A stretch of DNA of 64,000 nt, taken from NCBI GenBank assembly GCA_026418935.1, contig JAOAAJ010000103.1, forward strand, positions 1,986 to 65,985, given 5' to 3'. The position numbers were made by a program, and so were the translations under genes. Positions 50,347-60,278 of this stretch are shown piece after piece (positions within the stretch are counted from its first letter, which is position 1; every line of letters starts with the position of its first letter). Below the pieces are notes generated by a model, which made no database searches, was not told the DNA's origin, and saw only the letters and a program-made list of their open reading frames with translations. The stretch is from Caloramator sp. (GTDB lineage: Bacteria; Bacillota; Clostridia; Clostridiales; Caloramatoraceae).

Positions 50347-50877
50347 ATGTTTAAGGCAACGACTATAGTTGCTGTTAAAAGTGATAATATGGTAGCAATT
50401 GCAGGTGATGGACAAGTAACTTTTGGAGAAAATACAATTATAAAGTCATCTGCAAATAAAATACGTAAAATATTTAATGGCAAAGTTTTAATTGGTTTTG
50501 CAGGTTCAGTAGCAGATGCCTTTACACTGGCTGAAAAATTTGAAGATAAACTTACTGAATACAATGGTAATTTAAGAAAGGCTGCTGTAGAGCTTGCGAA
50601 TTTTTGGAGAAGTGATAAAGCACTTAGAAAGCTTGAAGCACTTATGATTGCAGCAGATAAAGAAACTTTATTAATTATATCTGGTGGTGGAGAAGTTATT
50701 GAACCTGATGATGATATTGCCGCTATAGGTTCAGGTGGTATGTATGCATTAGCAGCTGCAAGAGCTTTAAAACAAAATACAAAACTAACCCCAAGAGAAA
50801 TAGCGTTTAAATCGCTTGAAATAGCGTCTGAGATATGCGTATATACAAATAATAACATTAATGTATTGGAGCTTTAA
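50347..50877 (+). CDS. hslV: ATP-dependent protease peptidase subunit HslV/ClpQ (start ATG 50347)
   Basis: [32 protein letters not shown]; GGGGGT RBS. Confidence 0.96.
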   Translation: MFKATTIVAVKSDNMVAIAGDGQVTFGENTIIKSSANKIRKIFNGKVLIGFAGSVADAFTLAEKFEDKLTEYNGNLRKAAVELANFWRSDKALRKLEALMIAADKETLLIISGGGEVIEPDDDIAAIGSGGMYALAAARALKQNTKLTPREIAFKSLEIASEICVYTNNNINVLEL

Positions 50878-50892
50878 ATTGGGGGGATTTAT

Positions 50893-52281
50893 ATGGAACA
50901 ATTAACTCCGAAAAAGATAGTTGAAGAACTTGATAAATATATAATTGGACAGAATGAAGCTAAAAAAATGGTGGCAGTTGCTCTAAGAAATAGATATAGA
51001 AGGAGATTGGCATCTGATGAAATAAAAGAAGACATCATTCCAAAGAATATATTGATGATAGGTCCAACAGGTGTTGGTAAGACAGAGATAGCAAGAAGGT
51101 TGGCAAAGTTAGTTAATGCTCCTTTTGTAAAGGTAGAGGCAACGAAATTTACAGAGGTTGGTTATGTAGGAAGAGATGTAGATTCAATTATAAGAGACTT
51201 AGTTGAGAATTCAATTAGGCTTGTAAAGGAAGAGAAAATTAAAGAAGTAGAAGAAAAAGCTCTTGAAATGGCAAAGATGAGGGTAGTTGATGCTATAGCA
51301 CCCTTGCCAAATAAAAAGGGAAATAAGAATCCATTTGATTATATTTTTGGGTTTCAAAATGAAAATAAAAATATGAACTATCATGAAAATGAAGAAGATA
51401 TCAATTTAAAGCGTCAGCAGATAATGCATCAGCTTGAACAGGGTCTACTTGATAATATGGAAATAGATATAGAAGTTGAGGATAGTTCAGCTCTACCTTT
51501 TGAGGTGATTGCTGGAGGGAATATTAGTGATTTAAATATAAATTTTGAAGATATTTTAGGGGGAATTCTTCCTAAAAAGAAAAAATCAAAAAAAGTAAAG
51601 GTAAAGGATGCAATAAGTATATTTAAAAATGAAGAAGCAAACAAATTGTTAGATTTAGAGGAAATAAACAAGCTGGCTATAAAAAGAGTTGAAGAAGATG
51701 GAATTGTATTTATAGATGAAATAGATAAAATAGCTGGAAAAAACAATAAAAGTGGGCCTGATGTTTCAAGGGAGGGTGTTCAAAGAGATATATTACCAAT
51801 TGTAGAAGGGAGCACAGTTAATACAAAGTATGGTCCTGTAAAAACTGATCATATATTATTTATAGCTGCTGGTGCTTTCCATGTATCAAAGGTATCAGAT
51901 TTAATACCAGAACTTCAGGGACGTTTTCCTGTTAGAGTTAAATTAAATGATTTAACTAAAGAGGATTTTGTTAAGATATTAATGGAACCTAAAAATGCGT
52001 TAATTAAACAGTACAAGGAACTGCTTAAGGTTGAAGGAATAGAATTAATATTTACTGAAGATGGGATAGAGGAGATTGCTGAAGTTTCATATAAAATGAA
52101 TATGACAAGTGAAAATATAGGTGCAAGAAGGCTTCACACTATTATTGAAAAAGTTTTATTAGATGTTTCCTTCGAGGCACCAGACTTGGAAGAAAAAATT
52201 GTAACTATTAATAGAGAATATGTAAGGCAGAGAACCGCTGAATTAATTAAGGATACATCAGAAAAAAATTATATAATTTAG
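50893..52281 (+). CDS. hslU: ATP-dependent protease ATPase subunit HslU/ClpY
   Basis: [43 protein letters not shown]. Confidence 0.97.
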   Translation: MEQLTPKKIVEELDKYIIGQNEAKKMVAVALRNRYRRRLASDEIKEDIIPKNILMIGPTGVGKTEIARRLAKLVNAPFVKVEATKFTEVGYVGRDVDSIIRDLVENSIRLVKEEKIKEVEEKALEMAKMRVVDAIAPLPNKKGNKNPFDYIFGFQNENKNMNYHENEEDINLKRQQIMHQLEQGLLDNMEIDIEVEDSSALPFEVIAGGNISDLNINFEDILGGILPKKKKSKKVKVKDAISIFKNEEANKLLDLEEINKLAIKRVEEDGIVFIDEIDKIAGKNNKSGPDVSREGVQRDILPIVEGSTVNTKYGPVKTDHILFIAAGAFHVSKVSDLIPELQGRFPVRVKLNDLTKEDFVKILMEPKNALIKQYKELLKVEGIELIFTEDGIEEIAEVSYKMNMTSENIGARRLHTIIEKVLLDVSFEAPDLEEKIVTINREYVRQRTAELIKDTSEKNYII

Positions 52282-52295
52282 AAAGGAGAATGATT

Positions 52296-53075
52296 ATGTA
52301 CAGCTTACTAGAGAAGACAAGAATGTTAAATAAAATATTACAAAAATCAGCAACAGAACCAGTAGTTTTTGGAGATATTTGCAAAACACTAAGTGAGGTT
52401 ATGAACTGCAATGTTTATGTTGTAAGTAGAAAGGGAAAAATACTTGGATATCAATTAAGAGATGAATTTGAATGTGATATTGTTAAAAATACAGTAATTA
52501 GAGAACAAAAATTCCCAGAAGACTATAACAATAGTCTAATGCAGATATCAGAAACAAGACCTAATATAAGATCAAAGGGTGTTTGTGTATTTGAAAATGA
52601 CGTTAACTGCCTTTTTGCAGATAAAATAACAACTATAGTTCCTATTATAGGAAATAGAGAAAGATTAGGAACACTATTAATAGCAAGATTTGGAGAAGAA
52701 TTTACAGATGAAGATTTAGTTCTTGCTGAATATAGTGCAGCTATAGTTGGTATGGAAATAATAAGATCAAAGCAAGATGAAATCGAAGAAGAAGCTAGAA
52801 AGAAGGCTGTTGTTCAACTTGCTATAGGAACACTATCATATTCTGAATTAGAAGCAGTTGAACACATTTTCAACGAACTTGATGGAAATGAAGGTCTGCT
52901 TGTTGCAAGTAAAATTGCTGATAAAGTAGGTATTACAAGATCAGTTATAGTAAATGCACTTAGAAAGTTTGAAAGTGCAGGTGTAATTGAATCAAGATCA
53001 CTTGGTATGAAGGGTACTCACATAAAGATATTAAATGATAAGTTACTTGATGAGTTAAAGAAGCTAAGAAGCTAA
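52296..53075 (+). CDS. codY: GTP/BCAA-sensing transcriptional regulator CodY (start ATG 52296 by RBS spacing)
   Basis: LLEKTR, GAF domain, [26 protein letters not shown]. Confidence 0.98.
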   Translation: MYSLLEKTRMLNKILQKSATEPVVFGDICKTLSEVMNCNVYVVSRKGKILGYQLRDEFECDIVKNTVIREQKFPEDYNNSLMQISETRPNIRSKGVCVFENDVNCLFADKITTIVPIIGNRERLGTLLIARFGEEFTDEDLVLAEYSAAIVGMEIIRSKQDEIEEEARKKAVVQLAIGTLSYSELEAVEHIFNELDGNEGLLVASKIADKVGITRSVIVNALRKFESAGVIESRSLGMKGTHIKILNDKLLDELKKLRS

Positions 53076-53094
53076 TTTTTAGCTTCTTTCTTTT
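53066..53094 (+). terminator. Terminator overlapping the codY stop
   Basis: AAGAAGCTAA-ttt-TTAGCTTCTT + TCTTTT. Confidence 0.7.
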
Positions 53095-53138
53095 GTCAAA
53101 AATATGAATAATTTTTTCTTTATTTGTTAAAATAATTA

Positions 53139-53167
53139 TTGATTATATTACAAATCTATGTTATACT
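53139..53167 (+). promoter_or_regulatory. sigma-A promoter of rpsB-tsf
   Basis: TTGATT-17nt-TATACT with extended TG. Confidence 0.7.
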
Positions 53168-53182
53168 ATCAATCGTGAAAAA

Positions 53183-53261
53183 AACACACACTCTACAATT
53201 TTTAAAAGGGTGCCTGTAATAAGGCCTTTTAAAAAAATGAGTAGGGTGGAGGAATAAAACC
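53183..53261 (+). ncRNA. rpsB leader (t44-like S2 autoregulatory RNA)
   Basis: ACACACAC...GGGTGCC...GTGGAGG...AAACC hallmark words; CACTCTAC/GTAGGGTG stem and TTTTAAAAG/CTTTTAAAA stem. Confidence 0.75.
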
Positions 53262-53274
53262 AGGAGGTGCCTTT

Positions 53275-53991
53275 ATGTCAGTTATTCAAATGAAGCAATT
53301 ATTAGAAGCTGGTGTTCATTTTGGACATCAAACAAGAAGATGGAATCCTAAAATGTTACAGTACATCTTCACTGAAAGAAATGGTATTCACATTATTGAC
53401 CTTCAAAAGACTGCAAAGAAATTAGAAGAAGCTTATGAATTCGTTAAGAATGCAGCTGCAGAAGGAAAAGAAATTATATTTGTAGGTACAAAGAAGCAAG
53501 CTCAAGATTCAGTTAAGGAAGAAGCCATCAGATGTAATATGCACTATGTAAATGAAAGATGGCTTGGTGGAATGCTTACAAACTTCAGAACAATCAAAAC
53601 AAGAATAGCAAGACTAAATGAACTTCAAAAGATGGCTGAAGATGGTACATTTGATCTTCTTCCAAAAAAGGAAGTTATTAAGTTAAAGAATGAAATGGAA
53701 AAATTAGAAAAGAACCTTGGCGGAATCAAGGAATTAGCAAAGCTTCACAAGATTGATAAAGATAACACTGTTCTTTTCGTTGTTGACCCAAGAAAGGAAA
53801 AGAACGCTGTTGCAGAAGCTAGAATACTTGGTATACCAGTAGTTGGTATAGTTGATACTAACTGCGATCCAGATGATGTTGACTATGTAATACCAGGTAA
53901 TGATGATGCAATAAGAGCAGTTAAGCTAATTGCATCAAAGATAGCTGACGCTGTACTTGAAGGAAGACAAGGTGAACAGTTAGCAGAATAA
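53275..53991 (+). CDS. rpsB: 30S ribosomal protein S2
   Basis: [44 protein letters not shown]. Confidence 0.99.
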   Translation: MSVIQMKQLLEAGVHFGHQTRRWNPKMLQYIFTERNGIHIIDLQKTAKKLEEAYEFVKNAAAEGKEIIFVGTKKQAQDSVKEEAIRCNMHYVNERWLGGMLTNFRTIKTRIARLNELQKMAEDGTFDLLPKKEVIKLKNEMEKLEKNLGGIKELAKLHKIDKDNTVLFVVDPRKEKNAVAEARILGIPVVGIVDTNCDPDDVDYVIPGNDDAIRAVKLIASKIADAVLEGRQGEQLAE

Positions 53992-53996
53992 TATTA

Positions 53997-54033
53997 AAAG
54001 GTAAGGGTAAAGGGTATCTTAACCCTTACCTTT
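53997..54033 (+). terminator. Hairpin between rpsB and tsf (weak terminator/processing site)
   Basis: AAAGGTAAGGGT...ACCCTTACCTTT. Confidence 0.55.
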
Positions 54034-54057
54034 AATAACATTAAGGAGGAATCGGTT

Positions 54058-54975
54058 ATGCAAATTACAGCTAAGATGGTAAGTGAATTAAGAGAAAGAA
54101 CTGGTGCAGGAATGATGGATTGTAAAAAGGCACTTGTTCAAGCAGAAGGAGATATGGAAAAAGCTATTGAGATCCTTAGAGAAAAGGGATTAGCAGCTGC
54201 TGCTAAGAAGGCAGGAAGAGTTGCAGCTGAAGGTGTTGTTGAAACTTACATAACAGAAGATGGTAAAACAGGTGCAGTTGTTGAAGTTAACTGTGAAACA
54301 GATTTCGTTGGTAAGAATGAAGATTTCGTAAATCTTGCTAAGAATCTTGCAAAGCAAGCAGCTTTTTCAAAGGCTAACACAGTTGAAGAAATATTAGAAG
54401 AGAAGTACATAGCAGATGAAAATATGACTGTTAAGGAAGCTATAACAGCGTTAATAGCTAAGCTTGGAGAAAATATGACATTTAGAAGATTCGAAAGATT
54501 CAATGTTGAAAATGGTGTTATAATGGATTACATCCACGGTGGTGGAAGAATAGCTGTTATGGTTCAAGTTGAAGGTTCAACAAATGAAGTTGCTAAGGAA
54601 GTTGCAAAGGAACTTGCACTTCAAATTGCTGCAGCAAATCCACTATACCTTGTTAAGGAAGAAGTACCTCAAGAAGTAATTGAAAAGGAAAGAGAAATAT
54701 ATAGACAACAAGCTCTAAACGAAGGAAAACCTGAAAAAGTTGTTGAAAAGATGGTTGAAGGTAGATTACAAAAATACTTTAAGGAAGTATGCTTAATTGA
54801 ACAACTTTGGATAAGAGATCAAGACAAGACAATAAGAAAGTTTGTTGAAGAAAAGTCAAAAGAAGCAAATGCAGAACTTACAGTTAAGAAGTTCGTAAGA
54901 TTTGAAAAGGGTGAAGGTATAGAAAAGAAAGAAGAAAACTTTGCTGAAGAAGTTATGAAGCAAACTAGGGCATAA
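54058..54975 (+). CDS. tsf: Elongation factor Ts
   Basis: [42 protein letters not shown]. Confidence 0.99.
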   Translation: MQITAKMVSELRERTGAGMMDCKKALVQAEGDMEKAIEILREKGLAAAAKKAGRVAAEGVVETYITEDGKTGAVVEVNCETDFVGKNEDFVNLAKNLAKQAAFSKANTVEEILEEKYIADENMTVKEAITALIAKLGENMTFRRFERFNVENGVIMDYIHGGGRIAVMVQVEGSTNEVAKEVAKELALQIAAANPLYLVKEEVPQEVIEKEREIYRQQALNEGKPEKVVEKMVEGRLQKYFKEVCLIEQLWIRDQDKTIRKFVEEKSKEANAELTVKKFVRFEKGEGIEKKEENFAEEVMKQTRA

Positions 54976-54979
54976 TTTT

Positions 54980-55010
54980 AAAAGAGAACACACCTGTGTT
55001 CTCTTTTTTT
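54980..55010 (+). terminator. Terminator after tsf
   Basis: AAAAGAGAACACA-cc-TGTGTTCTCTTTTTTT. Confidence 0.85.
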
Positions 55011-55012
55011 AA

Positions 55013-55041
55013 GAAGGATATTTTAGGTTTTAGTAGAATAT
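55013..55041 (+). promoter_or_regulatory. sigma-H-type promoter upstream of pyrH
   Basis: GAAGGAtat...gtaGAATAT with 17 nt between AGGA and GAAT, same geometry as the spoVS promoter. Confidence 0.6.
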
Positions 55042-55061
55042 ATTAAGTTGGAGGTATTAAG

Positions 55062-55772
55062 ATGACAGCTCCAAAATATAAAAGAGTTATGATAAAATTA
55101 AGTGGAGAAGCTCTTGCTGGTGAAAAGGGCTATGGTTTTGATTTTGATGTAATTAAAAGAATATCTGAAGAGATTAAAGATATAGTTGATATGGGCGTTG
55201 AAGTTGGTTGCGTAGTTGGTGGAGGAAACATATGGAGAGGTAGAAATGGAATAGATATGGACAGAACAACTGCCGACTACATGGGAATGCTTGCTACTTG
55301 TATAAATGCTATGGCTCTTCAGGATTCATTAGAATCTATAGGGGTTAAAACAAGAGTTCAAACAGCAATAGAAATGAGAGAAATTGCAGAACCATTTGTT
55401 AGAAGAAGAGCTGTAAGACATCTTGAAAAGGGAAGAGTTGTTATATTTGCAGCGGGAACTGGAAATCCATATTTTTCAACAGATACAGCAGCAGCACTTA
55501 GGGCTGCAGAAATAGAGGCAGAAGCTATTTTGCTTGCTAAAAAAGTTGATGGTGTGTATGATTCAGATCCTAATAAAAATAAAGATGCTAAGAAATTTGA
55601 CAAATTAACTTTTATGCAGGTATTAGAAAGAGATTTAAAAGTAATGGATTCAACTGCAACATCATTATGTAAGGATAATAATATTCCAATTATAGTATTT
55701 GCACTTGATGAGCCTGGAAATATAAAAAGAGCAGTACTTGGAGAAAACATCGGTACTGTTGTAGAAAATTAA
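55062..55772 (+). CDS. pyrH: UMP kinase
   Basis: [33 protein letters not shown]. Confidence 0.98.
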   Translation: MTAPKYKRVMIKLSGEALAGEKGYGFDFDVIKRISEEIKDIVDMGVEVGCVVGGGNIWRGRNGIDMDRTTADYMGMLATCINAMALQDSLESIGVKTRVQTAIEMREIAEPFVRRRAVRHLEKGRVVIFAAGTGNPYFSTDTAAALRAAEIEAEAILLAKKVDGVYDSDPNKNKDAKKFDKLTFMQVLERDLKVMDSTATSLCKDNNIPIIVFALDEPGNIKRAVLGENIGTVVEN

Positions 55773-55788
55773 TAAAGGAGGTTTTTAT

Positions 55789-56346
55789 ATGATTAAAGAA
55801 GTAATTGTTGCTTCTGAAGAAAAAATGAAAAAGTCCATTGAACTTCTTAAGAAGGAATTACAAGGATTAAAGGCAGGAAGAGCAAATGCAGCAATGCTTG
55901 ACAAAATAACTGTTGATTACTATGGAACACCAACCCATGTAGCACAACTTGCTTCAATATCAATTCCTGAACCAAGAGTTTTAGTAATACAACCTTGGGA
56001 TAAAAATGCATTAAAGGATATTGAAAAAGCAATACAAAAATCTGATTTAGGTATTAACCCAACAAATGATGGTCAAGTAATAAGACTTGTTATTCCAGAA
56101 CTTACAGAAGAAACAAGAAAAAATCTTGTTAAGGTTGTTAAGAAGCACGGGGAAGACACTAAGGTTGCAGTTAGATCAATTAGAAGAGATGCAAATGATA
56201 GATTGAAGGCACTTAAAAAGGAAGGTAACTTCTCAGAGGACGAAATAAAGAGAACTGAAGAAGAAGTTCAAAAGATTACTGATAACTTTATAAAAGAGAT
56301 TGATAAATTAGTAGAAGCAAAGGAAAAGGAGATATTAACTGTATAA
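55789..56346 (+). CDS. frr: Ribosome recycling factor
   Basis: [34 protein letters not shown]. Confidence 0.98.
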   Translation: MIKEVIVASEEKMKKSIELLKKELQGLKAGRANAAMLDKITVDYYGTPTHVAQLASISIPEPRVLVIQPWDKNALKDIEKAIQKSDLGINPTNDGQVIRLVIPELTEETRKNLVKVVKKHGEDTKVAVRSIRRDANDRLKALKKEGNFSEDEIKRTEEEVQKITDNFIKEIDKLVEAKEKEILTV

Positions 56347-56347
56347 T

Positions 56348-56530
56348 ATGGATGTAAAAAATTTTTTAGCCTATAAATTAGAGGATATAGAAGAATATCT
56401 AAAAAATAATAGTATAAATTATGAATTGATAGAAGTAGATAATCCTAAGGGAATTAAGATTGGTGAAGAAAAAAGGATTATCAAGATACAAGAAGAGGCC
56501 TCCATTAAAATATATTACTCATATTTTTAA
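56348..56530 (+). CDS. Small hypothetical protein, 60 aa, degenerate stand-alone PASTA-like pattern
   Basis: Starts 1 nt after the frr stop; pattern FLAYKLEDIEEYLKNNSINYELIE...G...RIIKIQ. Confidence 0.7.
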   Translation: MDVKNFLAYKLEDIEEYLKNNSINYELIEVDNPKGIKIGEEKRIIKIQEEASIKIYYSYF

Positions 56531-56556
56531 TTATTAAAAAAATAATAAAGTTAATA

Positions 56557-56581
56557 ATGCCAAAGCATAAAGCTTTGGCAT
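56557..56581. other. Perfect 10-bp hairpin before uppS
   Basis: ATGCCAAAGC-ataaa-GCTTTGGCAT; no + strand U-tract. Confidence 0.5.
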
Positions 56582-56611
56582 AAAAAATTTATTTTAATCA
56601 GGGAGGTAAAA

Positions 56612-57376
56612 ATGTTATTTTTTAATAAGAAAAAAAAGAATGAATCTAAAAATTTTTTAGACCTGATTGATAAAAATAATATTCCAAAACATATTGCTAT
56701 AATAATGGATGGTAACGGTAGATGGGCAAAACAAAGAAATTTACCAAGAACCTTTGGACATAAAGCAGGTGTAGAAACTATAAGAGAAATTGTAAAGGCA
56801 TGTTCGGAAATTGGTGTAAAATACCTGACTTTATACGCCTTTTCAACAGAAAATTGGAAAAGACCAAGTGATGAAGTTAATGCTCTTATGAATTTATTGG
56901 TTGAATATTTAAGATCTGAAGTTCAGGAACTACATAAAAACAATGTTGTAGTTAATTCGATTGGTGATATCAGTAAATTACCATTAATATGTCAAGAAGA
57001 GTTAAGAAATGCTTATGAAAAAACTAAGGAAAATACTGGACTGGTTTTAAATCTTGCATTAAATTATGGTGGACGTGATGAAATAAAAAATGCAGTAGCA
57101 AAAATAGCACAACTTGTAAAGGAAAATAAATTACAAATTGAAGATATAAATGAAGAAATAATAAGTAATAATCTATATACAGCTAATATGCCAGATCCAG
57201 ATTTATTAATTAGACCCAGTGGTGAATATAGATTGAGCAATTTCCTATTATGGCAAGTAGCATATACAGAGTTCTGGTATTCAAACATTTATTGGCCAGA
57301 CTTTAATAGAGAGCATCTATATAAAGCTATATATGACTATCAAAATAGAGATAGAAGATTCGGTGCTATTAAATAG
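56612..57376 (+). CDS. uppS: Undecaprenyl diphosphate synthase
   Basis: HIAIIMDGNGRWA, YAFSTENW, NYGGRDEI, RPSGEYRLSNFLLWQ. Confidence 0.97.
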   Translation: MLFFNKKKKNESKNFLDLIDKNNIPKHIAIIMDGNGRWAKQRNLPRTFGHKAGVETIREIVKACSEIGVKYLTLYAFSTENWKRPSDEVNALMNLLVEYLRSEVQELHKNNVVVNSIGDISKLPLICQEELRNAYEKTKENTGLVLNLALNYGGRDEIKNAVAKIAQLVKENKLQIEDINEEIISNNLYTANMPDPDLLIRPSGEYRLSNFLLWQVAYTEFWYSNIYWPDFNREHLYKAIYDYQNRDRRFGAIK

Positions 57377-57389
57377 AGAAGGTGAAGAT

Positions 57390-58178
57390 ATGAAAACAAG
57401 AATTATTAGTGCATTAGTAGCTATTCCATTACTGCTCTTTTTTGTAATATCAGGGGGGATAACATTAAAGATTGGTATATCGTTAGTAACTGCTATAGCA
57501 GTTTATGAATATATCAATGCATTTAAAAATAAATATAAGGTTATTGCTCCTTTGTTAATTACTTTTTATTTAGTTAATCAATTTATTTTATATACATCAG
57601 ATTTATCTAAATTTAATATTATTTTAATTTATGTACTGCTTTTACTTTCAATGGCTTATCCAATTTTTAATAAGCAATATTCAGTTGTATCTTCAGCATT
57701 TACGGTTGTTGGATATATTTATATAATTAGTTTTTTTAATCTTCTTGTTAAAATAAATGAGTTTAAAAATGGGAATAAATTGATATGGATGGTTTTCTTA
57801 ATTGCTTGGTGTTGTGATACTTTTGCGTATTTTACTGGTATGTTTTTGGGTAAGAAAAAGTTATGTCCAGATGTTAGCCCCAAAAAAACAGTAGAAGGTT
57901 CAATTGGTGGAATATTAGGAAGTATTATTGGTTTAATTATTTGGAAGATTTTTAATAACAATATTGATATTTCATATATGCACTTAATAGTGTTAGGGAT
58001 AATAGGAGCCATTGTGTCACAAATAGGTGATCTTTCAGCTTCATTAATAAAAAGACATGTTGGTATAAAGGATTATGGAAATATAATGCCTGGACATGGT
58101 GGAATTTTAGATAGATTTGATAGCATACTATATGTTATTCCTGTCGTATATTATTATATAGCAATTATTTTAGGATGA
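57390..58178 (+). CDS. cdsA: Phosphatidate cytidylyltransferase (start ATG 57390)
   Basis: DTFAYF, SPKKTVEG, GDLSASLIKR, PGHGGILDRFDS. Confidence 0.96.
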   Translation: MKTRIISALVAIPLLLFFVISGGITLKIGISLVTAIAVYEYINAFKNKYKVIAPLLITFYLVNQFILYTSDLSKFNIILIYVLLLLSMAYPIFNKQYSVVSSAFTVVGYIYIISFFNLLVKINEFKNGNKLIWMVFLIAWCCDTFAYFTGMFLGKKKLCPDVSPKKTVEGSIGGILGSIIGLIIWKIFNNNIDISYMHLIVLGIIGAIVSQIGDLSASLIKRHVGIKDYGNIMPGHGGILDRFDSILYVIPVVYYYIAIILG

Positions 58179-58183
58179 TATAT

Positions 58184-59119
58184 ATGAATTTTAATATAAA
58201 GGCATTGCTTAAGATAATAATGGTAGATATATTGGTTATCATTATTCTTAAGTTATGCCTTGTTTTTTTATGGCCATTTCTTGCTGCTATTTTAATTGCA
58301 TTACTTATGGAATCTTTTATAAAAAAGATAGTAAGGTTAAAAATAAATAGAAATATTGCAGTTAGTTTATCCTACATCTTTATATTTGTATTTATAGCAT
58401 TTTTGACATATGTTTTTTTAAAATATATAATTAACGAAGTAAATAAAATATATTTGATTGTTTCAAGTAAAATATATAATGAACAAATAAACTATTTAAT
58501 TGAAAAAATAAGTACATTAAGAAATAATGAGTTTAATTTTTTAGACAAAACTGTTGGTACAATAAATGAATTACTTAAGATTTTTATAGTATTTATAATT
58601 AGTGTAATTTTAAGCTTGGATTTCAATAAAATTTCAGAGTACATTATATTAAATATTGATAATAAATATATTACCGCTTTTATTAACTCATTTATTAAAT
58701 TAACATCAATTGCAATAATTGAGCTAAAATTGGTGCTTATATCTACATTGCTTACAATAGTTGGATTTTTTGTGCTGGGGATTGAAAATGCATTAACTAT
58801 AGGAGTAATTTGTGGTATACTAGATTTGTTACCTGTTTTAGGCCCTGCATTAATTATTGTACCTTGGAGTGTATTAGCTTTTATAGATAAGAAATATTTT
58901 TTATCTATAGGACTTATAAGCTTATATGCTTTATTGCAGATAATAAGAGAAATATTGCAGGTTAAAATGGTAGGAAGTTCGTTAAAAATTCATCCTGTTA
59001 TTTCACTTTTTGCGTTATATGTAGGTGTTATAATCTTTAAACTATGGGGTGTTATATTTGGACCATTTATGATTATCTTTACAAAAGAACTAATTGATAT
59101 AGAAAGGAGAATATTATGA
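58184..59119 (+). CDS. AI-2E family membrane protein (YtvI-like); alternative start 58175
   Basis: PFLAAILIA, LDLLPVLGPALIIVPW, VGSSLKIHP, GVIFGP; multiple TM segments. Confidence 0.85.
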   Translation: MNFNIKALLKIIMVDILVIIILKLCLVFLWPFLAAILIALLMESFIKKIVRLKINRNIAVSLSYIFIFVFIAFLTYVFLKYIINEVNKIYLIVSSKIYNEQINYLIEKISTLRNNEFNFLDKTVGTINELLKIFIVFIISVILSLDFNKISEYIILNIDNKYITAFINSFIKLTSIAIIELKLVLISTLLTIVGFFVLGIENALTIGVICGILDLLPVLGPALIIVPWSVLAFIDKKYFLSIGLISLYALLQIIREILQVKMVGSSLKIHPVISLFALYVGVIIFKLWGVIFGPFMIIFTKELIDIERRIL

Positions 59120-60264
59120 AACAAATAGCTATATTAGGATCGACAGGTTCAATTGGGACTCAAGCACTTGATGTGGTACGTCATAAAAGGGATGAATTTA
59201 AGGTAGTAGCTTTATCTGCACATTCAAATATAGATAAATTAGTAGAGCAGGTTAATGAATTTAGACCTGAATATGTTGTAATAATGAATGAAAACCTCGT
59301 AAATGAATTAAAGGACAGAGTTTCAAACTTGGGTACAAAGGTACTTTTAGGAATTGATGGTTTAGAATTTATAAGCACACTACATAATGTTGATATAGTT
59401 TTAACTTCTGTAGTAGGAATGATTGGTTTAAGACCAACAATAGCAGCAATTAGGGCAGGTAAAGATATTGCACTTGCCAATAAGGAGACTTTAGTTGTTG
59501 GTGGAAGCATAATAAAGGGTGAGCTATCTAAATCAAACTCAAAAATAATTCCAGTTGATAGTGAACATAGTGCTCTATTTCAGTGTCTAAATGGTGAAAG
59601 AAAGAGTACAGTAAAGAACTTAATTTTAACAGCATCAGGAGGACCATTTAGAGGTAAGAAGAAGGAAGATTTAACTAAAGTTACTCCAGAAATGGCTCTA
59701 AAACACCCAAGATGGAATATGGGAAGAAAAATATCAATAGATTCAGCAACATTAATGAATAAAGGATTAGAGGTTATAGAAGCTCACTACTTATTTGATG
59801 TTGATTATGATAATATTAAGGTTGTTATACATCCACAAAGTATTATACACTCAATGGTTGAATATAAAGATGGCTCAATAATTGCACAGCTATCAAATAC
59901 AGATATGAGACATCCAATTCAATATGCACTTGAATATCCAAATAGGACAGAGTCATTGATAGGGTACCTTGATTTAATAAAATATAATACATTAACATTC
60001 GAAGAACCTGACGTTGAAACATTTGAATGTTTAAAATTAGCCTATGAGGCTGGAAAGATTGGAGGAACTATGCCTGCAGTATGTAATATTGCAAATGAGG
60101 AAGCAGTAGAGTTGTTCCTTAATAATGAAATTAAATTTTTAGATATTCCAATTATTATTAAAGAAGCGATGAATAACTTCAAAGTAAATTACGTATTTGA
60201 TTTAGATGACATTATTAATTTAGAGAAGGAAGTAAGAGAGTATGTTAGAAATTTAATAAAATAG
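59116..60264 (+). CDS. dxr: 1-deoxy-D-xylulose 5-phosphate reductoisomerase
   Basis: LGSTGSIG, LANKETLV, PVDSEHSA, TASGGPF, HPRWNMG. Confidence 0.98.
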   Translation: MKQIAILGSTGSIGTQALDVVRHKRDEFKVVALSAHSNIDKLVEQVNEFRPEYVVIMNENLVNELKDRVSNLGTKVLLGIDGLEFISTLHNVDIVLTSVVGMIGLRPTIAAIRAGKDIALANKETLVVGGSIIKGELSKSNSKIIPVDSEHSALFQCLNGERKSTVKNLILTASGGPFRGKKKEDLTKVTPEMALKHPRWNMGRKISIDSATLMNKGLEVIEAHYLFDVDYDNIKVVIHPQSIIHSMVEYKDGSIIAQLSNTDMRHPIQYALEYPNRTESLIGYLDLIKYNTLTFEEPDVETFECLKLAYEAGKIGGTMPAVCNIANEEAVELFLNNEIKFLDIPIIIKEAMNNFKVNYVFDLDDIINLEKEVREYVRNLIK

Positions 60265-60278
60265 GGTGGTGTTTTTGT

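Noticed and set aside
58124-58152. Sporulation-sigma promoter (CATACTA / CGTATATT) inside the cdsA 3' end for the ytvI-like gene
   Set aside because: The -10 and -35 matches do not fit one consistent spacing, and the sequence is constrained by coding (DSILYVIP)
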